Shown one piece after another: positions 50,735 to 59,762 of a DNA stretch of 64,000 nucleotides; position 1 is the first letter of the stretch, and each line of letters starts with the position of its first letter. A program made the position numbers and the translations under genes. The DNA is taken from assembly GCA_040772485.1 (NCBI GenBank), contig JAXGYC010000007.1, positions 640,001 through 704,000 of the forward strand, given 5' to 3'. Under the pieces are notes generated by a model, which saw nothing but the letters and a program-made list of their open reading frames with translations, had not been told where the DNA came from and made no database searches. The DNA comes from Sedimentisphaerales bacterium. GTDB lineage: Bacteria > Planctomycetota > Phycisphaerae > Sedimentisphaerales > Anaerobacaceae.

Positions 50735-51967
50735 ATGTTAGCACACAATCCACTCTTGGAGTCAGTCACGCGTCCGTCGGTCCAGGTCGCCCACGGCCAG
50801 GGGCCGTACGCCAACACGCGAGCAGCCCTGGCGGGCCTGAACCTGTCGCCCGTGCGAGGCAAGCGCGTGCTGCTCAAGCCCAACGTCGGGCGGGTGGCGA
50901 CGCCGGGCGAGGGGATTACCACACATCCGGACGTCGTTGCGGCCGCCATCGATGCGCTGGCCGAAGCGGGTGCGGATGTGGCCGTCGGCGAGAGCCCGAT
51001 TACCGGCGTCGACGCTATGGAGGCGTTCGTCACGTCCGGGATCGCAGATGTTGCCCGGAAACGCGGTTGCGGCCTGATCGACATGGACCGTCGTCCGCCC
51101 GTCGAGCTGCCTATCGAGCGGGGCGTGGCGCTGCACGAGCTCAAGCTCTGCGCCGACGTGTGCGACTACGACCTAGTCGTCTCGATCCCGGTGATGAAGA
51201 TGCACATGCACACGGGGGTGACGCTGGCGGTCAAAAACATGAAGGGCTGCCTCTGGCGGCGCAGCAAGGTGCAACTGCACATGCTGCCGCCCGTCGAAGG
51301 CAGCGACGAGAAACCGATCAACATCGCGATCGCCGACATGGCGTCGGTGCTGCGTCCGCACCTGGCCATCATCGACGGGACGGTAGGCATGGAGGGGCTG
51401 GGACCCAGCGCGGGTGAGGCCAAGGTGATGGACACCGTGGTCGCCGGCGCGGACGCCTTTGCGGCCGATGCGGTGGCGTGCCGGCTCATGGGGACGACTG
51501 CCGAGACCATTCCCCACCTGGCGATCGGGGCCGCGCGGGGCTACGGCGTCATCGATCTAGCCGCAATCTCCGTGACGCCCGACCACTGGCAGGAGTGGAT
51601 CAATCCGTTTGCCGCGCCGGCGGTCAACCTGACTATCGAGTTCCCCAACGTCACGGTCTTCGACAGGAACTCCTGCAGCGCGTGCCAGTCCACCGTGCTG
51701 CTGTTCCTGAAGGGGTATCGAGACCAGTTGTTCGACTACTTCCCGTCCTGGCGGCATTTGAACATCGCCATCGGCAAAGGGAATGCGGACCTCCCCGAGG
51801 GGACCCTTTGCATCGGCAACTGCGCCGCCCGATGCGGGCAGGACGGCCAATACGTGCCTGGATGCCCGCCGGTCACCAGTGAGATCCTCAAGACTCTGAC
51901 CGGCAAGCCGTCCATCGACAGCCGGGACGGACGCAGTCCCAAGGCAAACAGACCAGGCCTGCCATAG
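50735..51967 (+). CDS. DUF362 domain protein with C-terminal Cys cluster
   Basis: VLLKPN, TTHPDVV, KMH..TGVTLAVKNMKG, GMEGLGP, CSAC/IGNC/GCPP. Confidence 0.88.
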   Translation: MLAHNPLLESVTRPSVQVAHGQGPYANTRAALAGLNLSPVRGKRVLLKPNVGRVATPGEGITTHPDVVAAAIDALAEAGADVAVGESPITGVDAMEAFVTSGIADVARKRGCGLIDMDRRPPVELPIERGVALHELKLCADVCDYDLVVSIPVMKMHMHTGVTLAVKNMKGCLWRRSKVQLHMLPPVEGSDEKPINIAIADMASVLRPHLAIIDGTVGMEGLGPSAGEAKVMDTVVAGADAFAADAVACRLMGTTAETIPHLAIGAARGYGVIDLAAISVTPDHWQEWINPFAAPAVNLTIEFPNVTVFDRNSCSACQSTVLLFLKGYRDQLFDYFPSWRHLNIAIGKGNADLPEGTLCIGNCAARCGQDGQYVPGCPPVTSEILKTLTGKPSIDSRDGRSPKANRPGLP

Positions 51968-51994
51968 TCGCCGCTGAACCGCCGCGAAAACACT

Positions 51995-52996
51995 ATGCAA
52001 AAATCCATCGGACTACGACTTGGCAGCCTGACGCTGGACGTTCCCTTCTTCCAGGCGTCGCTCAGCGGGTACAGCGACTACACCATGCGCTCGTTCGCCC
52101 GGCGCTTCGGCTGTCCGTTCGCATTGGCCGATGTGATGCTGGCCAAGAGCATGGCCGAGCCGCGCGTCCTGCGGAAGGCCTGTTTTCGTCCGGGCATCGA
52201 CGAGCATCCGGTGGGCGCGCAGATCATGGGCGAAAGCCCCGCCATCATGGCCAAGGCCGCGCGCGACCTGGTGGCGGTCGGCTACGATGTGATCGATCTG
52301 AACTTCGCCTGTCCGGTGCCCAAGGTCCTGCGACGCGGGCGAGGCGGCGCACTGCTGGCCCGCCCCAAAACAGTCATCGACATCGTCAAGGCGGTCCGCG
52401 AGACCGTCGCCTGTCCCCTGCTGATCAAGCTTCGCATCGGCATCGATCACGACAGCGCCTCTCAGGATGACTTTTGGGAGATCGTGACGCGATCGATCGA
52501 AGAAGGAATCGATGCACTGGTCATTCACGGGCGCACCGTCGAGCAGCGCTATCGCGGCAAGGCCGACTGGGACACTCTGGCCAGTGTCAAGGCCCGGTTT
52601 CCTTCGGCCACGATCATCGGCAGCGGCGATGTCTTCGATCCGCAGGCGGCCGTCGAACGAATGAAACAGACGGGTCTCGACGGGTTCGTCGCCGCCCGCG
52701 GTGCGATCGGCAATCCGTGGATTTTCCGCGACCTGCGTTGCGTGTGGGAGAACCGTCCCATCCCGCCTCCGCCCGACCTAGCCGAACAGCGGGCGATCAT
52801 GCTCGAACACTTCCATCGCGTCCTGAACGGCTATCCGGAAAAGCGGGCTATCGGCTACTTTCGCAAGTTCATCGTCCGCTACGCCCGGCTGCACCCCAGC
52901 CGCAAGCAGGTGACGACGACCCTGATGAAGGCGGAGTCACGGGCCGCCGTCGAGGCGGGAATCCACGCCTTGTACGGTGCTGGCGAGACCCCCTGA
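51995..52996 (+). CDS. tRNA-dihydrouridine synthase (DusB-like)
   Basis: IDLNFACP, HGRT..QRY.GKADW, GSGDV, ARGAIGNPWIF. Confidence 0.9.
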   Translation: MQKSIGLRLGSLTLDVPFFQASLSGYSDYTMRSFARRFGCPFALADVMLAKSMAEPRVLRKACFRPGIDEHPVGAQIMGESPAIMAKAARDLVAVGYDVIDLNFACPVPKVLRRGRGGALLARPKTVIDIVKAVRETVACPLLIKLRIGIDHDSASQDDFWEIVTRSIEEGIDALVIHGRTVEQRYRGKADWDTLASVKARFPSATIIGSGDVFDPQAAVERMKQTGLDGFVAARGAIGNPWIFRDLRCVWENRPIPPPPDLAEQRAIMLEHFHRVLNGYPEKRAIGYFRKFIVRYARLHPSRKQVTTTLMKAESRAAVEAGIHALYGAGETP

Positions 52997-53015
52997 GGGC
53001 GGAACGGCGTTCGCG

Positions 53016-53519
53016 TCAAAGGGGCTTGGCGTAGAACAGCGAGCCGCCGGTGCCCTCCTGGTACTGGGCCTGCGCGAAGCCTGCCGCTTCGTACAGACGC
53101 CGGGCGCGACGGTTGTTCTCCTGCACCTCCAGGGTGAGCTTGCAGCAGTGCAAGTGTCGCGCCTTGTCGGCGACCGCGTCGAGGAGCCGGCGGCCGATTT
53201 GCCGTCCGCGACAGTCCGCCACCACCGCCAGGTCATGGATGTTGATCAGGGGTCTGGCGTGGAAGGTCGAGAAGCCGAGGAAACAGACCGCGATTCCGAC
53301 CGCCCTGCCGCCCTGGAAGGCGAGGAAGATCAGCGTCGTGGGATGCCGCCGCAGACCGTCGATGAGGTTGTCTCGCACCTGCGGCGCAAGAGGCCGGCCA
53401 TTGCCCATCGGGTCGGCCGCGTACGCATCAATCAGCTCGACCACCGCTTGCTGATGCGCGACGCAATCCAAATCGGCCTCGACAATCTCCATCGTCGGCA
53501 TTTCCACAGGGTTCTCCAT
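53016..53519 (-). CDS. GNAT family N-acetyltransferase
   Basis: NIHDLAV..RGRQIGRRLL, LEVQENN..A..LYE..GF. Confidence 0.88.
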   Translation of the reverse strand: MENPVEMPTMEIVEADLDCVAHQQAVVELIDAYAADPMGNGRPLAPQVRDNLIDGLRRHPTTLIFLAFQGGRAVGIAVCFLGFSTFHARPLINIHDLAVVADCRGRQIGRRLLDAVADKARHLHCCKLTLEVQENNRRARRLYEAAGFAQAQYQEGTGGSLFYAKPL

Positions 53520-53718
53520 CCAGATCCTCCCGGCCACGAGACTCCCAACGCGCCGGACAGTCACTGCGACTATACCCGGCCCACGACGGTTCGGCAAGCA
53601 GTCCCTCGATTCGTCGCGGCTACGCTCGGCGGTGCGGATTTCCCGGTTGCATTCGCCGGTGCATCTGACTAAGATTGCCAGTTCTTTCGAACGGCAACGA
53701 AGATAGAGAGGCAGGTTT

Positions 53719-54924
53719 ATGTCGGACAACGTGGTACAGACTGTGCAGGCGTTGAAACGGGGTACCGTAGAGGTCTACACCGAGACGGACCTGGCCCAGC
53801 GACTGGTGGACGCGGCGAAGGCGGGCCGACCGATGCGCATCAAACTGGGACTGGACCCGACCAGCCCGGACATTCACCTGGGCCACACGGTTGTGCTTCG
53901 CAAAATGCGGCAATTCCAGGACCTGGGCCACAAGGCGGTCCTGATCATCGGCGACTACACCGCGCGGGTCGGCGACCCGACGGGCCAGAACGCGACGCGG
54001 CCCATGCTCTCGCCCGAGCAGATCGAGCGAAACGCCCGCACCTATTTCAACCAGGCCGGACATATCCTCGACACCTCCCCCGAGAAGCTCGAGGTCCGCT
54101 ACAACAGCGAATGGCTCGCCAGGCTCAATCTGGCCGACCTGATCAAGCTGGCCAGCAGCATGACGGTCGCCCGCATGCTCGAACGCGACACGTTCGAGCT
54201 GCGCTACAAGGCCGGCGACCCCATCGGCATCCACGAGTTCCTCTACCCGCTCATGCAGGGCTATGACTCCGTGATGGTCCGAAGCGACGTGGAGCTGGGC
54301 GGAACCGACCAGACCTTCAACAATCTCGTCGGACGCGACCTCCAGCGGCTGAACGACCAGCCCCCGCAGATCGTCATCACCATGCCCATCCTTGTCGGCC
54401 TCGACGGCAAGGAGAAGATGAGCAAGTCCAAGGGCAACTACGTCGGCGTCACCGACGCTCCGAACGACATGTTCGGCAAGATCATGAGCATCAGCGACGA
54501 GATGATGGCCAACTACTACACGCTGCTGACCGGCCTTCCCGCCGATCAGATCGTGACCTTGGTCGATCCGAACCAGACCCATCCCAAAGAGGCCAAAGTC
54601 GCGCTGGGCAAGACGATCGTCGCGCAGTTCTACGGCCCCGAGCTCGCGGAGATTGCGGCGGCGGAGTTCGACAAGGTCTTCGCGCAGGGGCAGTTGCCCG
54701 ACGAGATTCCCGAGTTCCGGCTGCCAGCCGAGCCGATCAGCATCAAGCAGCTCCTGACGACCTGCAAGCTGGTCGATACGGGCGGCGAAGCCAAACGCAT
54801 GGTCATGCAGGGCGGCGTCAGCATCGACGGGCAGAAGGTCGCGGACCCCAACGCCGCGACCACGCCGGCCGACGGCATGGTCGTCCAGGTCGGCAAACGC
54901 CGCTTCGCCAGGATCCGCGTCTGA
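53719..54924 (+). CDS. tyrS: Tyrosine--tRNA ligase
   Basis: [32 protein letters not shown]4-like C-terminus. Confidence 0.97.
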   Translation: MSDNVVQTVQALKRGTVEVYTETDLAQRLVDAAKAGRPMRIKLGLDPTSPDIHLGHTVVLRKMRQFQDLGHKAVLIIGDYTARVGDPTGQNATRPMLSPEQIERNARTYFNQAGHILDTSPEKLEVRYNSEWLARLNLADLIKLASSMTVARMLERDTFELRYKAGDPIGIHEFLYPLMQGYDSVMVRSDVELGGTDQTFNNLVGRDLQRLNDQPPQIVITMPILVGLDGKEKMSKSKGNYVGVTDAPNDMFGKIMSISDEMMANYYTLLTGLPADQIVTLVDPNQTHPKEAKVALGKTIVAQFYGPELAEIAAAEFDKVFAQGQLPDEIPEFRLPAEPISIKQLLTTCKLVDTGGEAKRMVMQGGVSIDGQKVADPNAATTPADGMVVQVGKRRFARIRV

Positions 54925-54978
54925 CGACGGACCGTCCGTCGCGGCAGATCGAACGAACGTCACGTGAGAAGGGATATC

Positions 54979-55155
54979 ATGAAGCGTCTCAGCCCGGAAC
55001 GACGGAATCAGCTCATCCACGAACACCTCCGACACCTTTGTGCCGATTGGACCTGTCGATACGGGCAATGGAATCTCGAGAAGCTCCTGGCGGAGATGGA
55101 GTCGGCGCTGCGGGCCCGAAGGCACCGCCAGAAGGCCGACGCGATGAGCGCGTAG
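54979..55155 (+). CDS. Small hypothetical protein
   Basis: 58 aa helical ORF with AAGGGA RBS between co-oriented genes. Confidence 0.45.
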   Translation: MKRLSPERRNQLIHEHLRHLCADWTCRYGQWNLEKLLAEMESALRARRHRQKADAMSA

Positions 55156-55200
55156 AAAGAGCCGCGTCTGAACGACAGGACCCCAATCACAGGTGACGCC

Positions 55201-56007
55201 ATGAAACGAAGCAGAAGAGCAGTCATTGTATTCATCTTGGGCATCGCTTTCCTTGCGGCGCTGAGCGGCTGCCAGTCAGGATCGGTCAGGCCGCAGAGTC
55301 CGCGAACGCTCCGCGTGCTGACCTACAACATCCATCACGGCGAGGCGATGGACGAGCAGTTCGACTACGAGCGTCTGGCGAAGGTCATCAACGATCTGTC
55401 GCCGGACCTCGTCGCCTTGCAGGAGGTCGACGACGGCACCGAACGGGCTTCGGACGTCGACCAGGCGGCGCTGCTCGGCAAGCTCTGCAAGATGCATTGC
55501 GCCTTCGGCCAGGCGATGCCGCACCAAGGCGGCCGCTACGGCGAAGCCATCCTCTCGCGGTTTCCCATCGTCAAGACGGCCGTGCACCCCCTTCCCTACT
55601 GGGGCGACCGCGAACCGCGAGCGGCTCTGGAGGCGTGGATCGAGCCGGAGGGCATCGGACCGCTGCGATTCGTCGGAACGCATCTGTGCCATCTCGATGA
55701 GGAGATCCGCACGCAGCAGACGACGCGGCTGGCCCAGTTGTTCGGCGCCGAAGACGGCCCACCTGTGATCCTGGCAGGCGACTTCAACGCCCGGCCGGGC
55801 AGTCGCCCGATGAACGTCCTGCTCGACGCCGGCTGGACCGACGTCGTCGCCCCCCGCTCGAAGATCGACTACATCCTCATCCGCTCGGCGGATCCCTGGC
55901 AGGTCGAAGAGGTGACTATCGCCGAGGAGCCTGTCGTCTCCGACCACAACCCGGTCCTCGCGGAGCTGCGATGGCAAGGCACCGCAGCGTCAACGGCTGA
56001 GAACTAA
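55201..56007 (+). CDS. Endonuclease/exonuclease/phosphatase family lipoprotein
   Basis: Lipobox LSGC; TYNIHHG, LQEVD, GDFN, IDYI, SDH. Confidence 0.9.
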   Translation: MKRSRRAVIVFILGIAFLAALSGCQSGSVRPQSPRTLRVLTYNIHHGEAMDEQFDYERLAKVINDLSPDLVALQEVDDGTERASDVDQAALLGKLCKMHCAFGQAMPHQGGRYGEAILSRFPIVKTAVHPLPYWGDREPRAALEAWIEPEGIGPLRFVGTHLCHLDEEIRTQQTTRLAQLFGAEDGPPVILAGDFNARPGSRPMNVLLDAGWTDVVAPRSKIDYILIRSADPWQVEEVTIAEEPVVSDHNPVLAELRWQGTAASTAEN

Positions 56008-56065
56008 AGTCATGGTTGACATGGGCCGATAGTTCTGGTAAAGATCGAACCTCAAAGAGGTTATC

Positions 56066-56173
56066 ATGCAGATGGCAAACGGTGGACAATTCGGGGCAGC
56101 AGCCGGGAAGGCGACGCAAAGGATATGCGCCGGCCCGATCGCTATTACTGGAGACCACAGGAAGCTGCCCTGA
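56066..56173 (+). promoter_or_regulatory. Candidate 35 aa leader-peptide ORF upstream of ileS
   Basis: GAGG-5nt-ATG; MQMANGGQFGAAAGKATQRICAGPIAITGDHRKLP; followed by a terminator. Confidence 0.4.
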
Positions 56174-56197
56174 GAACGCTTTGACCCCGCGATCATG

Positions 56198-56236
56198 AAA
56201 GCCTTTCAGAGCAGCCGACTCTGGAAGGCTTTTTTT
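56198..56236 (+). terminator. Rho-independent terminator
   Basis: AAAGCCTTTCAGAG-loop-CTCTGGAAGGC followed by T7. Confidence 0.85.
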
Positions 56237-56290
56237 GTTGGGGGACTGACCGCGCAGCCCCCTGCGCACGGCCCATTGCGTTTGGCTCCG

Positions 56291-56319
56291 TTGACAGGGG
56301 CAGCCGCGAAGCATAAGAT
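56291..56319 (+). promoter_or_regulatory. Sigma70 promoter for ileS
   Basis: TTGACA-17-TAAGAT. Confidence 0.65.
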
Positions 56320-56356
56320 ACGCGATTCGTTTTTCGAGCTTTCAAGGACCTTGACG

Positions 56357-59218
56357 ATGGCAGATGAGAACAAGAAGAACTACCGCGACACCCTGAACCT
56401 GCCGCAGACGAGCTTTGCGATGAAGGCCAACCTCGTGCAGCGCGAGCCCCAGATGCGCCAGCGATGGGCGAAGGAGAGCATCTACACACAGATTCGCGAG
56501 GCCCGGCTGGGCGCGCCGCTCTACGTCCTGCACGATGGCCCACCCTACGCCAACGGCGACATCCACATGGGCCACGTCATCAATAAGGTCCTCAAGGACT
56601 TCGTTGTCAAGTACAAGACGATGGCGGGCTTCGACGCGCCGTACATCCCGGGCTGGGACTGCCACGGGCTGCCCATCGAGGCCAAGGTGATGACCGATCT
56701 GGGCGAGAAGGTCCGGCAGATGAGTAAGACGGAAGTCCGCCGGGAGTGCATGAAGTACGCCAGCAAGTACGTCAAACTCCAGAGCCGGCAGTTCCAGGAC
56801 CTGGGCGTGTTCGGCGACTTCGAGAACCCCTACCTGACCTTCAAACCGCAGTACGAGGCGGGAATCCTGGAGGTCTTCGCGACGCTGGTGGGCAAGGGAC
56901 TGGTCTATCGCCAGCTCAAGCCGATCCACTGGTCCGTCGGATGCGAGACGGCGCTGGCGGAGGCGGAGCTGGAATACAAGGACATCGCTTCGCCCAGCAT
57001 CTTCGTCAATTTCAGCGCGACCCCGGAGACCACTGCAAAACTGATCGAGCTGGGAGTCGTCACGAACGATCAGGCCAAGGATTCAGAGGTCGCCCTGATG
57101 ATCTGGACGACCACGCCCTGGACGCTGGCGGCCAACCTGGCGATCGCCGTGCATCCGAATCTCGAATACGCCGCCGTCTCCTACGAGAAGGATGGACGCG
57201 AGTACACTTCGATTGTCGCGACCGAGCGCATCGAAGCGGTCGTCGCCGCCGCCGGCCTGACGCAAGGTCAATACGCCGTCGGAACCAAGACGGTCCGCGG
57301 CAGCGAACTCGAAGGGCTCCGCTATCGACACCCGTTCATCGAGACCAATCCGACCGACAAGGACGCCTATATGGTGATCCTCGCGGAGTACGTGACCACG
57401 GAGGACGGCACGGGTCTCGTCCACACTGCGCCGGGCCACGGCCAGGAGGACTACCTCTCCGGCCAGCGATATAATCTGGCGGTCTATTCGCCCGTCAAGG
57501 ACGACGGCTGCTACGACGAGACCGTCCCCGACTGGCTCCAGGGCAAGAACGTGCTGACCGTGGACAAGGAGGTCAACGAGCGTCTGGCCCAGCAGGGCCG
57601 GCTGTTCGCGCATCGCGAAATCGTCCATAGCTACCCCCACTGCTGGCGAAGCAAAGGCCCGGTGATCTTCCGCGCGACCGAGCAGTGGTTCGTGGGCGTG
57701 GACAAGGACCTGCCCGACACCGGCCGCAACCTCCGCGCGATGGCGATGGACGCCGTCGAGAAGGTTCGCTGGATTCCCGCGTGGGGCCAGAAGCGGATCG
57801 CGGGCATGCTCGAATCGCGGCCCGACTGGTGCATCAGCCGCCAGCGAAGCTGGGGTCTGCCGATCCCGGTATTCACGATGCCGGATGGGCAGACGCTGCT
57901 GACGAAAGAATCGGTGATGGCGGTCGCCCGGCACATCGGCCGGCATGGCTCCAATAGCTGGTTCACCGATTCGCCCCGCGAGATTCTGGGGGATGACTTC
58001 GCGTTGCCCGAAGGGTTCGACCTCGACCAGCTCCAGAAAGAAGAGAACATCTTCGACGTGTGGTTCGAGTCGGGCTGTAGCTGGTACAGCGTCGCCGTGG
58101 CGGCCGGCTGGCCGGTCCCGGTCGATCTGTACCTCGAAGGGTCCGATCAGCATCGCGGCTGGTTCCAGCTCTCCCTGCTGCCGGCGCTGGGCGCGACGGG
58201 AAAGCCCCCCTTCCAGAGCGTCCTGACGCACGGTTTCACCGTCGATGAGAAAGGCATGAAGCAGTCCAAGTCGCTGGGCAACTACGTCAACGCCCAGGAC
58301 GAGGTGGCCAAGTACGGCGCCGACATCCTGCGGTTGTGGGTCGCCAGCGTCAACTACCAGGAGGACGTGCGCTGCAACGATGATCTGATCGGCCGCACGC
58401 AGGACGCCTACCGCAAGATCCGCAACACGCTGCGTTACCTGCTGGGCAACCTCGACGGCTTCGAGCCGGCCATCGACGGAATCCCTTACGACCGCATGTT
58501 CGAGATCGACAAGTGGGCCATGTGCCAGTTGCAGAAGCTGATCGCGGACGTCACCGAAGCGTACGAGAACTTCGTGTTCCATCGCGTCTTCTCGCTGCTG
58601 TACAACTTCTGCACGGTCGAGATGAGCAGCATCTACATGGACGTGCTCAAGGACCGGATGTATTGCGACGCGACCGATGGCCTGTCCCGACGCAGCGGCC
58701 AGACCGTGATGTACGAAATCCTCAGCGCGCTCGTGCGGCTGCTGGCGCCGGTCCTGGCCCACACTGCCGAAGAGGCGTGGGAGGCGATGCCCTTCAAGCC
58801 GCAGGACTGCACCAGCGTGCATCTGGCGAGCCTGCCGAAGGTCGATGCGAGCATCGACTACGCGAGCCAGCAGGCCCGATGGCAGAAGATCATGGCCCTT
58901 CGCGATGAAGTCCTGCGTGCCCTCGAAGGACTCCGGCAGGACAAGACCATCGCCAGCAATCAGGAAGCGTCCGTGACGATGCGATGCACCGACGAAGATG
59001 CCGCCGCGGTCGAGGCGTTCGGCGTCGAACCGTTCGCGGCCCTCTGCATCGTCAGCGAGGTGACGCTCGAACGATCCGCCGAAACGACGACCGTCGTCGC
59101 GGGCAAGAGCCCCCATGCCAAGTGCCAGCGCTGCTGGAACTACTGGCCCACCGTCGGCGCCAACGCAAACTGCCCCGACCTCTGCGCCCGCTGCGCCACG
59201 GTCGCCGCCTCCGCGTAG
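56357..59218 (+). CDS. ileS: Isoleucine--tRNA ligase (type 1, C-terminal Zn finger)
   Basis: LHDGPPYANGDIHMGH, GWDCHGLP, WTTTPWT, WCISRQR, EGSDQHRGWF, KQSKS, CQRC..CARC. Confidence 0.98.
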   Translation: MADENKKNYRDTLNLPQTSFAMKANLVQREPQMRQRWAKESIYTQIREARLGAPLYVLHDGPPYANGDIHMGHVINKVLKDFVVKYKTMAGFDAPYIPGWDCHGLPIEAKVMTDLGEKVRQMSKTEVRRECMKYASKYVKLQSRQFQDLGVFGDFENPYLTFKPQYEAGILEVFATLVGKGLVYRQLKPIHWSVGCETALAEAELEYKDIASPSIFVNFSATPETTAKLIELGVVTNDQAKDSEVALMIWTTTPWTLAANLAIAVHPNLEYAAVSYEKDGREYTSIVATERIEAVVAAAGLTQGQYAVGTKTVRGSELEGLRYRHPFIETNPTDKDAYMVILAEYVTTEDGTGLVHTAPGHGQEDYLSGQRYNLAVYSPVKDDGCYDETVPDWLQGKNVLTVDKEVNERLAQQGRLFAHREIVHSYPHCWRSKGPVIFRATEQWFVGVDKDLPDTGRNLRAMAMDAVEKVRWIPAWGQKRIAGMLESRPDWCISRQRSWGLPIPVFTMPDGQTLLTKESVMAVARHIGRHGSNSWFTDSPREILGDDFALPEGFDLDQLQKEENIFDVWFESGCSWYSVAVAAGWPVPVDLYLEGSDQHRGWFQLSLLPALGATGKPPFQSVLTHGFTVDEKGMKQSKSLGNYVNAQDEVAKYGADILRLWVASVNYQEDVRCNDDLIGRTQDAYRKIRNTLRYLLGNLDGFEPAIDGIPYDRMFEIDKWAMCQLQKLIADVTEAYENFVFHRVFSLLYNFCTVEMSSIYMDVLKDRMYCDATDGLSRRSGQTVMYEILSALVRLLAPVLAHTAEEAWEAMPFKPQDCTSVHLASLPKVDASIDYASQQARWQKIMALRDEVLRALEGLRQDKTIASNQEASVTMRCTDEDAAAVEAFGVEPFAALCIVSEVTLERSAETTTVVAGKSPHAKCQRCWNYWPTVGANANCPDLCARCATVAASA

Positions 59219-59254
59219 GCGGGAGGCCATAGGCTGTAGACTGGAGGCTGGAGG
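59217..59254. repeat. AGGCTG(T/G) heptamer array, left arm flanking the four-helix-bundle gene
   Basis: AGGCGGG AGGCCAT AGGCTGT AGACTGG AGGCTGG AGG. Confidence 0.8.
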
Positions 59255-59260
59255 AGGACG

Positions 59261-59617
59261 TTATTGCTTGCGCAACGCGAGGAGCAGGCCACTCAGGACT
59301 TTTGAGAGTTCCGTGCTCAGACCATGGAGCGACTCGTAGCCCTGTGGGCTGAGATATCCGAGGCGGGAAGCAAGCGACAACTGATACTCCACCTCTCGCG
59401 CTGAGCCGTAGGCCATGTCCAGGAAGCGAAGATAGTCGGATTGCGAATGGCGTGCGCACCCTTCGACGATGTTCGAAGCAACGGAGACGGCCGCGCGGCG
59501 CAACTGCGCCGTTAGGCCGAACACCTCCTCCTTCGGAAACACCTTCGTCCCTTTGTAGACACCCAGAGCCAACCGATCCGCCAACTCAAACGCCCGCAAT
59601 TTCGTGTGATCGCGCAT
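59261..59617 (-). CDS. Four-helix-bundle protein (23S rRNA IVP / bAvd-like family)
   Basis: [46 protein letters not shown]. Confidence 0.93.
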   Translation of the reverse strand: MRDHTKLRAFELADRLALGVYKGTKVFPKEEVFGLTAQLRRAAVSVASNIVEGCARHSQSDYLRFLDMAYGSAREVEYQLSLASRLGYLSPQGYESLHGLSTELSKVLSGLLLALRKQ

Positions 59618-59732
59618 TTCCTGCCCCTCCGCCCACACATGGCTATCGTCCAGCATGGAAAACACCCTCTCAACGTCGACACCATTCTATCAGATTCGGA
59701 GCGTCCTGGAAAGCGTCGTCAATACGTCGGTA

Positions 59733-59762
59733 CCTACAGTCTCCGGCCTACAGCCTCCGGCC
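59733..59762. repeat. Reverse-complement heptamer array, right arm flanking the four-helix-bundle gene
   Basis: CCT ACAGTCT CCGGCCT ACAGCCT CCGGCC. Confidence 0.8.

Noticed and set aside
56073..56135. c-di-GMP-I riboswitch suggested by GGCAAAC...GACGCAAA
   Set aside because: Spacing is too long and no GNRA-capped P2 stem or matching P3 is evident.
56016..56356. T-box leader for ileS
   Set aside because: No UGGNACC-type T-box sequence before the terminator.
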